Below are positions 28,708 through 37,862 of a stretch of 64,000 nucleotides of DNA, piece by piece. The notes under the pieces were generated by a model. The model was given only the letters and a program-made list of their open reading frames with translations, did not search any database and was not told the origin of the DNA. Position 1 is the stretch's first letter; every line of letters starts with the position of its first letter. This stretch comes from Planctomycetota bacterium (GTDB taxonomy: Bacteria; Planctomycetota; PLA2; JAEUHO01): positions 128,001 through 192,000 of the forward strand of contig CBDCWP010000013.1 of the NCBI GenBank assembly GCA_965223505.1, written 5' to 3'. The translations under genes were made by a program, and so were the position numbers.

Positions 28708-29799
28708 GTGATCGCCACACGGATGTCTACATGCGCCGCGGCGTCAAGCCCACTGGGAAAAGGATTAATATTGTTACGTCTTTGGGGGTTACGTCTTTGG
28801 GGGTTGCGCCTTTGGGGCCGATGGCCCGGTTTATGGATAGGACTATGGCTAGCGGGCTGTCGCGGGCCTCAATCGGCTTTGGCGCCAGCTGGACGCGCGG
28901 CTGAGCGCATCGCCGATCTCTTTTGGGCGATGACGGCTGGGGCAGCCGTCATCTGGATCGTGGTGGTGAGCCTGGCCATTTACGTCATGCGCGCTCGCCC
29001 CGAGTCGCATGGCCAACGTTTTGCGCCATGGCTCATTATTGGCGGCGGCGTCGTTTTGCCAACCCTGACGCTAGCGGCGCTGCTCGCCTACGGTTTGGCG
29101 ATGATGCCGGACCTCCTGGCGCCGCCGTCGGGAGAACATGTCAAGATTGCGGTTTCGGGTGAGCAGTGGTGGTGGCGTGTGCGCTATTTGCCGCCTAGCG
29201 GCGACATGGGCGATCCTATCGAACTCGCTAATGAAGTGCGGCTCCCCGTCGGAACGCCGGTGATGTTTGAAGTGGAGAGCCCCGATGTGGTGCACGCCTT
29301 CTGGATTCCGTCGCTCGGCGGCAAAATTGATATGATTCCGGGGCGCGTCAATCGGCTGACCCTGGAGCCCACCCGAACCGGGGTGTTTCGCGGCGTCTGC
29401 GCCGAGTATTGCGGCGCGTCTCACGCCTTGATGGCCCTGGATGTCGTGGTTTTAGAAAAAGAGGCGTACACCGCTTGGCTGCAGCGCCAGCGAGAACCAG
29501 CGCAGGCGCCTGCGCAAGCTGAGACGCGGCGTGGACAAGAGGTGTTTATCGCCAATGGCTGCGGCGCTTGTCATACCATTCGCGGCGCTTCGGCCGACGG
29601 CGTGCTGGGTCCAGACCTCACCCATGTCGGCAGCCGCTTGAGCCTTGGCGCCGGCACGTTGCCCAACGACATCGAATCGCTCGTACAGTGGCTGGCCCAC
29701 ACGGACACCGTGAAACCGGGTGCGCATATGCCGGCCTTTGGCATGCTGCCGCCCGAGGACCTGAGGGCCCTAGCCGTTTATCTGGACGGACTGAAATGA
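28708..29799 (+). CDS. coxB: Cytochrome c oxidase subunit II with fused cytochrome c
   Basis: QWWW, DVVHAFWIPSLGGKIDMIPG, CuA CAEYCGASHALM, heme CGACH; lipobox LAGC. Confidence 0.95.
   Translation: MIATRMSTCAAASSPLGKGLILLRLWGLRLWGLRLWGRWPGLWIGLWLAGCRGPQSALAPAGRAAERIADLFWAMTAGAAVIWIVVVSLAIYVMRARPESHGQRFAPWLIIGGGVVLPTLTLAALLAYGLAMMPDLLAPPSGEHVKIAVSGEQWWWRVRYLPPSGDMGDPIELANEVRLPVGTPVMFEVESPDVVHAFWIPSLGGKIDMIPGRVNRLTLEPTRTGVFRGVCAEYCGASHALMALDVVVLEKEAYTAWLQRQREPAQAPAQAETRRGQEVFIANGCGACHTIRGASADGVLGPDLTHVGSRLSLGAGTLPNDIESLVQWLAHTDTVKPGAHMPAFGMLPPEDLRALAVYLDGLK
28774..28818 (+). repeat. 15-bp tandem repeat x3 encoding LRLWG in the coxB leader
   Basis: TTACGTCTTTGGGGG x2 plus TTGCGCCTTTGGGGC. Confidence 0.85.
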
Positions 29800-32327
29800 A
29801 ACAAGATCCCGAACCGCTTCCCCATGCGCCGCCTGAGGCTGTGCAGCGCGCGCAACAAGAGCGTCTGTTAGAGGCGTGGAAAACGCCGGTGGGCTGGCGC
29901 TATTGGTCGGCCGTGAACAACTCCGAAGTCGGACTCTGGTACACCACGACGGCGTTTGTCTTTTTTCTCTTTGGCGGTTTGCTGGCGTTGCTGATGCGCA
30001 CGCAGCTTGCCGTCCCAGGAAACACCTTTCTCTCCGCCGATTTGTATAACCAGATCTTTACCTTGCACGGCTCGGTCATGATGTTTTTATTCGCCATCCC
30101 GATCTTTGAAGCCTTTTCCATCATGGTGCTGCCGGAAATGCTTGGCGCTCGCGATCTCCCTTTTCCGCGCCTTTCCGCCTTCGGATTTTGGAGCTTTCTG
30201 CTTGGCGGCATTTTTGTCTGCGGCTCGATTTTCTTTAACGCTGCGCCCAAAGGCGGCTGGTTTATGTATCCGCCGCTCACCACCACGTATCAGCCCGGCG
30301 TCGGCGCCGACATCTGGCTCCTTGGCCTGTCCTTTATCGAAGTGGCCTCGATTGCCGCAGCGGTCGAACTCATCGTCGGGGTGCTCAAATGCCGGCCTCC
30401 GGGTATGCGAATCAATCTCATTCCGCTCTATTCCTGGTACATCTTAGTGACCGCCGGCATGATCTTGTTCGCCTTCCCACCGCTCATCGCCGGCGATATT
30501 TTGCTCGAACTTGAACGCCTGCTGCACTGGCCTTTTTTCGACCCGGCCCGAGGCGGCGACCCGCTGCTCTGGCAGCATCTCTTTTGGATCTTTGGCCATC
30601 CCGAGGTCTACATTATCTTTTTGCCCTCCGTCGCTTTGATCGCGATGATCGTGCCCACCTTCGCCCGCACCCCCATCGTGGGGTATGGATGGATTGTCCT
30701 GGCCGCCGTCGGCACCGGCTTTTTGAGCTTTGGCCTGTGGGTGCACCACATGTTCACCACGGGTTTGCCCGGCGTTTCGCTCGGCTTTTTTTCCGCCGCT
30801 TCCGAGGCTGTAGCCATTCCCACAGGCGTGCAGTTTTTCTGCTTCTTGGCCACGTTACTGGTGGGTAATGTCACTCACTCCGTGCCCATGCGCTTTGTCT
30901 TCGCCGGCCTAGCCACGTTTGTGCTCGGCGGCCTCACTGGCGTCATGGTCGCTCTGGCGCCGTTTGATTTTCAGGCCCACGACACCTATTTCGTGGTGGG
31001 CCACTTGCACTACGTGCTGATGGGCGGCACGATTTTTCCGGTGGTGGCCGGGCTGTATTACTTTTTTCCCCTTATTGGCGGTAAAAAGCTGTCGGACAAG
31101 CTCGGCCGCATCGTCTTCTGGCTCCTGTTCATTGGATTCAATGTGACGTTTTTGCCCATGCATCTCACCGGTTTGATTGGCATGACGCGGCGCGTATTTA
31201 CCTATCCCGCGGGGCTTGGCTTTGATCTCTTAAATCTCGCGTCGAGCCTGGGCGCGTTCATCTTGGCCGCCGGTTTCGCTGTGCTCGTCTGGGATATCTT
31301 CCGGCCCAAAAACAAGCAACCTTACGCCGAACGCAATCCCTGGGGGGCGGGCACGCTGGAATGGCTAGCGGAGGTTCCGGACAAACCGTGGGGCGTGCGC
31401 TCGATTCCGGAAATCGACGCCCGCTATCCGCTATGGGATCAGCCCAATTTTGTAAGAGACGTGGACGAAGGGCGCTTTTATTTGCCTGACGCCGAAGAGG
31501 GCAAACGCGAAACCTTGGTGACCACCGCCATCGACGCGCAGCCCATTCAATGTCTACGGGTGCCCGGCCCGACCTTTCTCACATTTGTCGCGGCCATGTT
31601 CACCGGCGGGGTGTTCATTTTTTCCACGTATCACTGGTGGACATTGGCCGCCATCAGCGGCGGTTTTGCGCTTGTGGCCATTCTCATCTGGCTGTGGACC
31701 GGCACCGCCTTGATGCCGGAAAAAGAGTCGAAGGACGTCGGGCTTGGCCTCACCTTGCCCCTTTACGCCTCAGGGTCGGCTTCGGTGGGTTGGTGGGCCA
31801 TGCTGATCACCATGCTTGGCGATATGACCGCCTTTATCGCGCTCGTCTTCGGCTACTTTTTTTACTGGACGGTCAACGACAATTTTCCGCCCGATTCCTC
31901 TGTCGGGCCGGGCGTCCTTTGGCCCATTGCGAGCGGCGTCTTGCTATTGGGCGCGTGGGGGCTGACGGTGTTCGCCCGGCGCTGGAACCAAAGCGATCAA
32001 GCCATATCTTTTTATGTGGGGTTACTGGGCGCCGCGCTTCTCGCGGTAGCGGGCGCCGGCGCGCTCTTGGCCGGTCCCTGGACCTCTGGACTCGACCCCA
32101 CCAGCCACGTCTACCCGGCCACCGTGTGGGTGCTGGCGCTGTGGACCGCGATACACGTGGCAGTTGGGGTGATCATGCAGCTATACTGCCTGGCCCGTCG
32201 CCTGGCGGGGCGCATGACGGCGCGCTACGATATCGACATCACCAACGTGGCGCTCTACTGGCACTTCATCGCCATCACGGCAGCGATCACCATCGCCGTG
32301 ATCGCCGGTTTTCCGCTGGTTGCATAA
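29796..32327 (+). CDS. ctaD: Cytochrome c oxidase subunit I fused to a subunit III-like domain (A1 type)
   Basis: FTLHG, WIFGHPEVY, WVHHMF, HDTYFVVGHLHYV; ~843 aa with COX3-like C-terminus (ALYWHF); ATGA overlap with coxB. Confidence 0.95.
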   Translation: MKQDPEPLPHAPPEAVQRAQQERLLEAWKTPVGWRYWSAVNNSEVGLWYTTTAFVFFLFGGLLALLMRTQLAVPGNTFLSADLYNQIFTLHGSVMMFLFAIPIFEAFSIMVLPEMLGARDLPFPRLSAFGFWSFLLGGIFVCGSIFFNAAPKGGWFMYPPLTTTYQPGVGADIWLLGLSFIEVASIAAAVELIVGVLKCRPPGMRINLIPLYSWYILVTAGMILFAFPPLIAGDILLELERLLHWPFFDPARGGDPLLWQHLFWIFGHPEVYIIFLPSVALIAMIVPTFARTPIVGYGWIVLAAVGTGFLSFGLWVHHMFTTGLPGVSLGFFSAASEAVAIPTGVQFFCFLATLLVGNVTHSVPMRFVFAGLATFVLGGLTGVMVALAPFDFQAHDTYFVVGHLHYVLMGGTIFPVVAGLYYFFPLIGGKKLSDKLGRIVFWLLFIGFNVTFLPMHLTGLIGMTRRVFTYPAGLGFDLLNLASSLGAFILAAGFAVLVWDIFRPKNKQPYAERNPWGAGTLEWLAEVPDKPWGVRSIPEIDARYPLWDQPNFVRDVDEGRFYLPDAEEGKRETLVTTAIDAQPIQCLRVPGPTFLTFVAAMFTGGVFIFSTYHWWTLAAISGGFALVAILIWLWTGTALMPEKESKDVGLGLTLPLYASGSASVGWWAMLITMLGDMTAFIALVFGYFFYWTVNDNFPPDSSVGPGVLWPIASGVLLLGAWGLTVFARRWNQSDQAISFYVGLLGAALLAVAGAGALLAGPWTSGLDPTSHVYPATVWVLALWTAIHVAVGVIMQLYCLARRLAGRMTARYDIDITNVALYWHFIAITAAITIAVIAGFPLVA

Positions 32328-32337
32328 GGATGGCGCG

Positions 32338-32715
32338 ATGAACGATTTACCAGAACAAGATGAGAGTTTGTGGATACTCACCATCTCGCCGACGATTTGG
32401 GCGGCGCATTTTCTGCTAAGCTACATGAGCGCCGCGGTCTGGTGCGAGAAAGTTGTGGGTCGCGATGGCGGCCTGGAACCCATTCGGCTGGCGATGACCA
32501 TCTACACCGGGCTCGCGCTCGTCGGCATTGTCATCATCGGTTGGCGCGGCTTCAGCCGCCACCGCTTCGGCAGCACCACAGGCCCTCACGACTTTGACTC
32601 GCCGGAGAGCCGCCACCGTTTTTTGGGCTTCGCCACGCTGCTGCTATCGGCTTTGAGCTTCGTGGCCATCCTTTTCGTGACGCTTGTCGTCGTTTTTATT
32701 CGGAGCTGCCACTAA
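32338..32715 (+). CDS. Cox-operon membrane protein
   Basis: Three TM; PTIWAAHFLLSY motif; operon position. Confidence 0.8.
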   Translation: MNDLPEQDESLWILTISPTIWAAHFLLSYMSAAVWCEKVVGRDGGLEPIRLAMTIYTGLALVGIVIIGWRGFSRHRFGSTTGPHDFDSPESRHRFLGFATLLLSALSFVAILFVTLVVVFIRSCH

Positions 32716-33341
32716 TGCGCGGCGTCTTTTGCATGGCAGGTTGTCTGATCCTCGCGGCCTTGTGGCTAGGGCCTTTGCCGGCGCTGGCGCCGCGCGCCTT
32801 CGTCGCCCACATGGTCATGCATATGGGGGTTGTGGCGGTGGCGACGCCGCTACTGGCTCTGGGCCTGGCGGGCGGACCGTATGATCCCACGTACAGAGCG
32901 TCCAAGTGGTTTGCCCCGATTCCGGCGTCTGTGGTCGAGCTTGTCGTGGTGTGGGCCTGGCATGCGCCCGCGCTGCATCGCGAAGCCAGGCACTGCGTCA
33001 CGGGGCTGGTAGCCGAGCAAGGCATGTTTTTTCTCGTCGGTCTCTGGCTGTGGCTGTCGGCTTTGGGCGGCCATGTCCAGGGCAATGGCAACCGAGCGGC
33101 GGCCGGCATTGTGGGCCTTCTACTGACGTCCATGCACATGACGCTGTTAGGGGCGCTGCTTGGCCTCGCCCCGCGCTCCCTCTACGCGCATGCCGACAGT
33201 GTCTCCGGACTTACGGCTCTAGAGGATCAGCATTTGGGAGGGGCGGTGATGCTGCTCGTCGGCGGCATCGCCTATCTGGCCGGCGGCCTTGGGCTGACCG
33301 CAAGGCTGCTGCGCGCGCCGGCCATTGCATCGAGGGGGTAG
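32715..33341 (+). CDS. Cytochrome c oxidase assembly protein (CtaG/Caa3_CtaG-like)
   Basis: HM-x2-HM...WAWHAP...MTLLGALL...LEDQHLGG-x-VM. Confidence 0.85.
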   Translation: MRGVFCMAGCLILAALWLGPLPALAPRAFVAHMVMHMGVVAVATPLLALGLAGGPYDPTYRASKWFAPIPASVVELVVVWAWHAPALHREARHCVTGLVAEQGMFFLVGLWLWLSALGGHVQGNGNRAAAGIVGLLLTSMHMTLLGALLGLAPRSLYAHADSVSGLTALEDQHLGGAVMLLVGGIAYLAGGLGLTARLLRAPAIASRG

Positions 33342-33343
33342 GC

Positions 33344-34453
33344 ATGAAACGCCGGTGGATCAAAATAGGGGGAGCGCTCGCGGCGCTTGGCGTGGGCGGA
33401 TTCCTTTTTGCGGCGGCAGGGCTAGCGCCGATCAAAGCCAGCTCCGGCCACTGGCCGATCACGGCATGGTTGTTAAAATTCACCATGCGCCGCTCGCTTG
33501 CCACCCAATCATTAGGCCTCAAGCCGCCCAAACTGGATACCCCCGATCTCGTGCTACAAGGCGCGGGGCACTACGAAACGGGCTGCCGTTCTTGTCACGG
33601 CAGCCCCGGCGAGCCTGTGCCGCGGGTGTCGCAGCAGATGACGCCACATCCGCCCGGCCTGTCATCGCCAGCCACCGAGTTGACCCCCGACGAACTCTTT
33701 TACGTCGTCAAGCACGGCGTCAAATTTACCGGTATGCCGGCTTGGCCAACACAGCAGCGTGATGATGAGGTCTGGGCGATGGTGGCCTTTCTCCTCAAAT
33801 TTCCACAACTCGATGCGGCGTCGTATCGACAGCTCATTCACGGCGAAGAGCCAGCAGCCGTTGAAGCCATCTCGCTACTCGCCTTATCACCCGTGCGCAA
33901 TGTCGCCGAGGCCGCCGCGATCCATTGCGATCGATGCCATAGCCGAGGCGAGGGCATCTTTCCTCGGCTTGGCGGCCAGCGATCGGCGTACCTCGTCGCC
34001 GCCTTGCAAGCCTATGCCCGAGGTGATCGCCATAGCGGCGTGATGTCATTGGTGGCGGCCGCGTTGCGACCTGAGGACATGCAAAAATTCGCAGATTATT
34101 ACAGTCGTTTGGAGGCGCCGGTTCCCGCGCCCCGCGCTAGCTCTGAGGCGTCATCCATTGAGCGAGGCAAAGCCATTGCTCATCGAGGCATTCCTCGCCA
34201 GCGCGTGCCCTCTTGCGTCGACTGCCATGGCCCTGGCGACATGCCCCGCAACCCGGTTTTTCCCATTCTCGCGGGACAGTATACTGACTACCTTGTCTCA
34301 CAACTTAAGCTCTTTCAATCGCAACACCGCGGCGGCTCCCCCTACGCCCATCTGATGCGCCCCATGGCGGCTTGGCTGACTTCGGCGGATATGCGCGACG
34401 TGGCTCTATACTATGCCTCGCTCACGACCGCCTCGGATCATTTGAAGCCTTAA
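33344..34453 (+). CDS. Triheme c-type cytochrome (c4/c553-like)
   Basis: CRSCH, CDRCH, CVDCH; GVKFTGMPAW; P-x-LAGQ. Confidence 0.9.
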   Translation: MKRRWIKIGGALAALGVGGFLFAAAGLAPIKASSGHWPITAWLLKFTMRRSLATQSLGLKPPKLDTPDLVLQGAGHYETGCRSCHGSPGEPVPRVSQQMTPHPPGLSSPATELTPDELFYVVKHGVKFTGMPAWPTQQRDDEVWAMVAFLLKFPQLDAASYRQLIHGEEPAAVEAISLLALSPVRNVAEAAAIHCDRCHSRGEGIFPRLGGQRSAYLVAALQAYARGDRHSGVMSLVAAALRPEDMQKFADYYSRLEAPVPAPRASSEASSIERGKAIAHRGIPRQRVPSCVDCHGPGDMPRNPVFPILAGQYTDYLVSQLKLFQSQHRGGSPYAHLMRPMAAWLTSADMRDVALYYASLTTASDHLKP

Positions 34454-35372
34454 TCACGCCCTCTAGCGGCTCATCGTCGTCCAGCAATGCCTTTTCTCCC
34501 AGGTCTTTACCAAAGCGGGCGGCGTGCTCGATTTCAGCATTGATGGAGCCTCCAACGAGGATCACAAATCCCATCAAGTACATCCAGGTCATCAAGACAA
34601 TAAACGTGCCAATGCTGCCATAGATCTTGTTGTAAGAACCAAAATGGCTTACATAATACGAAAACCCCAAAGATACTGCAATCCAAGCCAAAATGGCGAA
34701 AATTGATCCCGGAGTAATCCATTTCCATTTTTGCTCAACATCGGGCGCGAAGTAGTAAATATTAGCCATTGCAAAGATGAGAAATACAACAATGACAAGC
34801 CAGCGCGCAAGCGCCCAGACGACCTCAAAGGCCTGCCCAAGGCCAATTTGCTCAGCGAATACGCCGCCGAGTTGAGGGCCAAAGATCAGAAGCGCGATAG
34901 ACGCCATCAAGAGGACCAAAAGTTCCAGCACCAGTGCGAGCGCGATTCCCCAAACTTTCCAGATTGGACGCCCTTCTGGCACGCCATAGGCGCGATTGAG
35001 ATTGTCTATGATGGCGGCGACGGCGCTCGATGAGGTCCAAAGGGCCGTCAAAATCCCAAAGGACAACAGTTCGCCACGCTGCCGGACAACGAGGTCGCGC
35101 ACATTCTCTTGCACCAGTGAAACGACCTCGCCCGGCATCAGGTCGGCGAGAAGGCCCATGATTTCATCCCTCGCCAGCGGTAAAAAACCAAGCAAAGTGG
35201 TGAGAAACAAGAGAAATGGAAACAAAGCAAAAAGAAAGTAGTAGGCCAATTGCGCAGCTTGACCAATTGCATTATCTTCATATACACTTTTGACTACTCG
35301 TCTGCCTAACTCAATCACGCTCAAGCCGCCTAACCGGGCGACTTCCTTAATCTCTTCGGACTCATGCCTCAT
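34422..35372 (-). CDS. YihY/virulence factor BrkB family protein
   Basis: AAQLAYYFLFALFP, LNRAYGV-x-E-x-R, YNKIYGSIG...WMYL...GGSINA. Confidence 0.93.
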   Translation of the reverse strand: MRHESEEIKEVARLGGLSVIELGRRVVKSVYEDNAIGQAAQLAYYFLFALFPFLLFLTTLLGFLPLARDEIMGLLADLMPGEVVSLVQENVRDLVVRQRGELLSFGILTALWTSSSAVAAIIDNLNRAYGVPEGRPIWKVWGIALALVLELLVLLMASIALLIFGPQLGGVFAEQIGLGQAFEVVWALARWLVIVVFLIFAMANIYYFAPDVEQKWKWITPGSIFAILAWIAVSLGFSYYVSHFGSYNKIYGSIGTFIVLMTWMYLMGFVILVGGSINAEIEHAARFGKDLGEKALLDDDEPLEGVIKASNDPRRS

Positions 35373-35511
35373 ATCAAAGCCTTCTTTCTTGCTGAGAAAT
35401 TAATATGCGTCATCACTTTGGATAGTATCAGTTTAAATTTAGCATACAAAGGGAACAGGATTGCATACATTAACATAACATAAAGGCAACAAAAGATCTC
35501 AACAGATATAA

Positions 35512-35551
35512 AGCAAGGGGTGACGCGCTTGACGACGCGTCACCCCTTGCT
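35512..35551 (-). terminator. Probable intrinsic terminator after PRC-barrel gene
   Basis: 16-bp stem AGCAAGGGGTGACGCG/CGCGTCACCCCTTGCT followed by T-rich run on minus strand. Confidence 0.7.
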
Positions 35552-35667
35552 AGGCTAGATACCGGGCGGATAAAGGATTACCAGTGTTTAGTCCTTAGAC
35601 TCTGATCCTAGCTTTTTATTTTTATTTTTCTACCTTGAGTCGTGACCCGTTTGAGTCTGTTACGTTT

Positions 35668-36426
35668 TTATTTCTTGATGTTTACCTCAACTCGGTCTCC
35701 AGCTTGCAGATCTTGCATCATGCTCTCAGGCACTTGAAGCTCAACCGTGTTGCCGCGGACCTGTTGAACCGTTGCAGAGATTTGCTCCTCTGTTTGCGTG
35801 GTTGCTGAGCCCGAAGCGTCATCTTGACTCATTTTATGATCGCCTTGGTTCGCGGCCTGACGCCGCGCCCACTGATCTTGTTGATCGTAATACGAGTGAA
35901 CCGTTTCCCCCCACTGGGTATCGGCCATGTTGGGCCAATTGTCGTTGTCAAAACCAGGCGCAGTTTGCATCCGGTCTTTGTCCACGTCCAGGATCAACCT
36001 GTCAAGTTCGCCTCTGTCATCGTCGTCCGCTACAGTTTGGAAAGCGCCCCAGGGAATAGCGAAAAGCTTTTCGCCCAATCCTAAGAAGCCGCCCGCCTCC
36101 ACCACTGCATAAACGATAGAGCCGTCCTTTGGATCGACCACCACATCATTAATCTCACCCAAATTGCTGCCTTGGGTGTTTTCGACTGTCATCCCGATAA
36201 TTTTTCGTATTTTCAGAATGTCAGTCGCCGGCTGCATCTGGGTTGTGACGCGTTCTTGGTCGGGCGCTGGAGTCGACGCAGCGGGTTGACGCTTCTCTAT
36301 AGTCGGCTCCGTCGACTTGATTGATTTACCCTCTTTTTCCGCTGCAAGAGCGGTTGAGGACATGATCAGCGCTGACGCTGCTAGCGTGATGATCATCGAT
36401 TTTGATAGTACCGAGAAATTCATCAT
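35668..36426 (-). CDS. Secreted PRC-barrel domain protein
   Basis: Signal peptide (ALA); IIGMTVEN-x2-G-x-NLGEI-x-DVVVD...YAVVEAGGFLGLGEKLFAIPW; RBS AAGGAG. Confidence 0.92.
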   Translation of the reverse strand: MMNFSVLSKSMIITLAASALIMSSTALAAEKEGKSIKSTEPTIEKRQPAASTPAPDQERVTTQMQPATDILKIRKIIGMTVENTQGSNLGEINDVVVDPKDGSIVYAVVEAGGFLGLGEKLFAIPWGAFQTVADDDDRGELDRLILDVDKDRMQTAPGFDNDNWPNMADTQWGETVHSYYDQQDQWARRQAANQGDHKMSQDDASGSATTQTEEQISATVQQVRGNTVELQVPESMMQDLQAGDRVEVNIKK

Positions 36427-36481
36427 ATTCTCCTTATTAAGGTTTTCCCATATCCGCCTGTTGCGAACACTTATAATTAGA

Positions 36482-36495
36482 GCAATTTCTGTGCC
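36482..36495 (-). promoter_or_regulatory. sigma-54 promoter for PRC-barrel gene
   Basis: Minus strand TTGGCACAGAAATTGCT. Confidence 0.87.
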
Positions 36496-36582
36496 AATAG
36501 TGAAAATTGTAACATTTTTGGAAAAAGACAAAGATTTGACAGGATATCTATTAAGGAGATATTGGCGATATCTAACATTGAC

Positions 36583-36617
36583 TCTCAAATTGAGCCAGTA
36601 TATTAGTCAAAATAAAA
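36583..36617. promoter_or_regulatory. Putative UAS pair (22-bp period)
   Basis: TCTCAAATTGAGC (36583) and AGTCAAAATAAAA (36605). Confidence 0.58.
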
Positions 36618-36731
36618 GGGATGAGGCCAATTGAATGAGGCGGGCGCCGTCAAGAGCTGATTTACAAAACACCGTTATTAAGGATATCTAAAATTCTCTA
36701 GGGCCAACGCCATCACGCCGCTGGTATCAGG

Positions 36732-37790
36732 TCATGGTTCCCGATGGCCTCGCTCAATTTTCTCTTCGACTTCACGTCGCTCATCTGCTTTGAGACTGGG
36801 TTCCTCTTGCTGCGTTTCGGCTTGTAAACTCAAATTGAGAGACACGTAGACAGGAAAGTGATCGGAGCCAAAGGCCGGAAGACGTTTCAAGGCAATGAGA
36901 CCAAAGTCATCGGAGTGAAAAACGTGGTCGAGCGGCCAGCGCAGAAGGGGCATTTTAGCGCTAAAACTATTGTACAGACCTCGACCTATGCGGGGATCGA
37001 GCATTTTGCTGGTCTTTTGAAATAGCGCCGTGGTGCGCGACCACGCCACATCATTGAGATCGCCCGCTACAATCACCGGTTGCGTTAACGACCGCGCTTC
37101 GCGCCCGACCATAAGCAATTCCGCGTCGCGTTTTGTCGTCTTCTCACTCTCACTTGGAGCAGGCGGTTTTGGGTGCAGCGCATAGAGCCAAATATTCCGA
37201 CCAGATGCTAGGGTGAGTTGAGTTCGAATAGATGGAATCTCATTGTCGAGAAGAAAGCGCACCTCCGGCGCGATGAGGGGCAATCGTGAGTAAAGGAGCA
37301 TGCCGTACGTATTCGGCAATGGTTTCTTGACCGTATTCGCGTAATCTGTCTCTAATGGCGCGAGTTGTTTCTCCCACCAGGCGTCCGCTTCTAAGATCAG
37401 CACCACATCGGGCGATGCGTCGCGTACGATACGGAGAAACTTGGCGGCCTGCCGATTCTCCATCAACACATTTGAGACCACAATGGCGATACGGTCATGA
37501 CGTGAACCGTCGCTGGTCATGACGACTTCTGAAGCCGCTAAGGGAGTATAGGGATAGATGGTATACACTTGATAAACGAGACAAACGATGAGGACGCCAA
37601 CCGTGCAATACTCAAGTGGGAACGCAAGAGGGCGCATGAACCAAAAAGCGATGGCGACGCCGCATCCCAAGCCTAAGATTTGCAGGCGAGGAAAATCAAA
37701 GGCGCGAATCCACCAGGCGTCGGCCCGTATTACCGGAATCACTGTGGCAAGGATGAGCAACCAGGCTAAGACAGAGAGTGCAATTTTCAT
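36732..37790 (-). CDS. Endonuclease/exonuclease/phosphatase family protein with N-terminal TM
   Basis: WWIRAFDFPRLQ, NVLMEN, AGDLNDVAWS, PLDHVF, GSDHFP. Confidence 0.92.
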   Translation of the reverse strand: MKIALSVLAWLLILATVIPVIRADAWWIRAFDFPRLQILGLGCGVAIAFWFMRPLAFPLEYCTVGVLIVCLVYQVYTIYPYTPLAASEVVMTSDGSRHDRIAIVVSNVLMENRQAAKFLRIVRDASPDVVLILEADAWWEKQLAPLETDYANTVKKPLPNTYGMLLYSRLPLIAPEVRFLLDNEIPSIRTQLTLASGRNIWLYALHPKPPAPSESEKTTKRDAELLMVGREARSLTQPVIVAGDLNDVAWSRTTALFQKTSKMLDPRIGRGLYNSFSAKMPLLRWPLDHVFHSDDFGLIALKRLPAFGSDHFPVYVSLNLSLQAETQQEEPSLKADERREVEEKIERGHREP

Positions 37791-37862
37791 CTACGCCATC
37801 CCGAGCGGGTAAAAAGAAAGAGGCAATCTATGCGGCCTTACGCGCGCGAGTCGTCGTCTGGC

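Noticed and set aside
35451..35464. GGGAACAGGATTGC on + strand
   Set aside because: Poor -24 element and no + strand gene downstream
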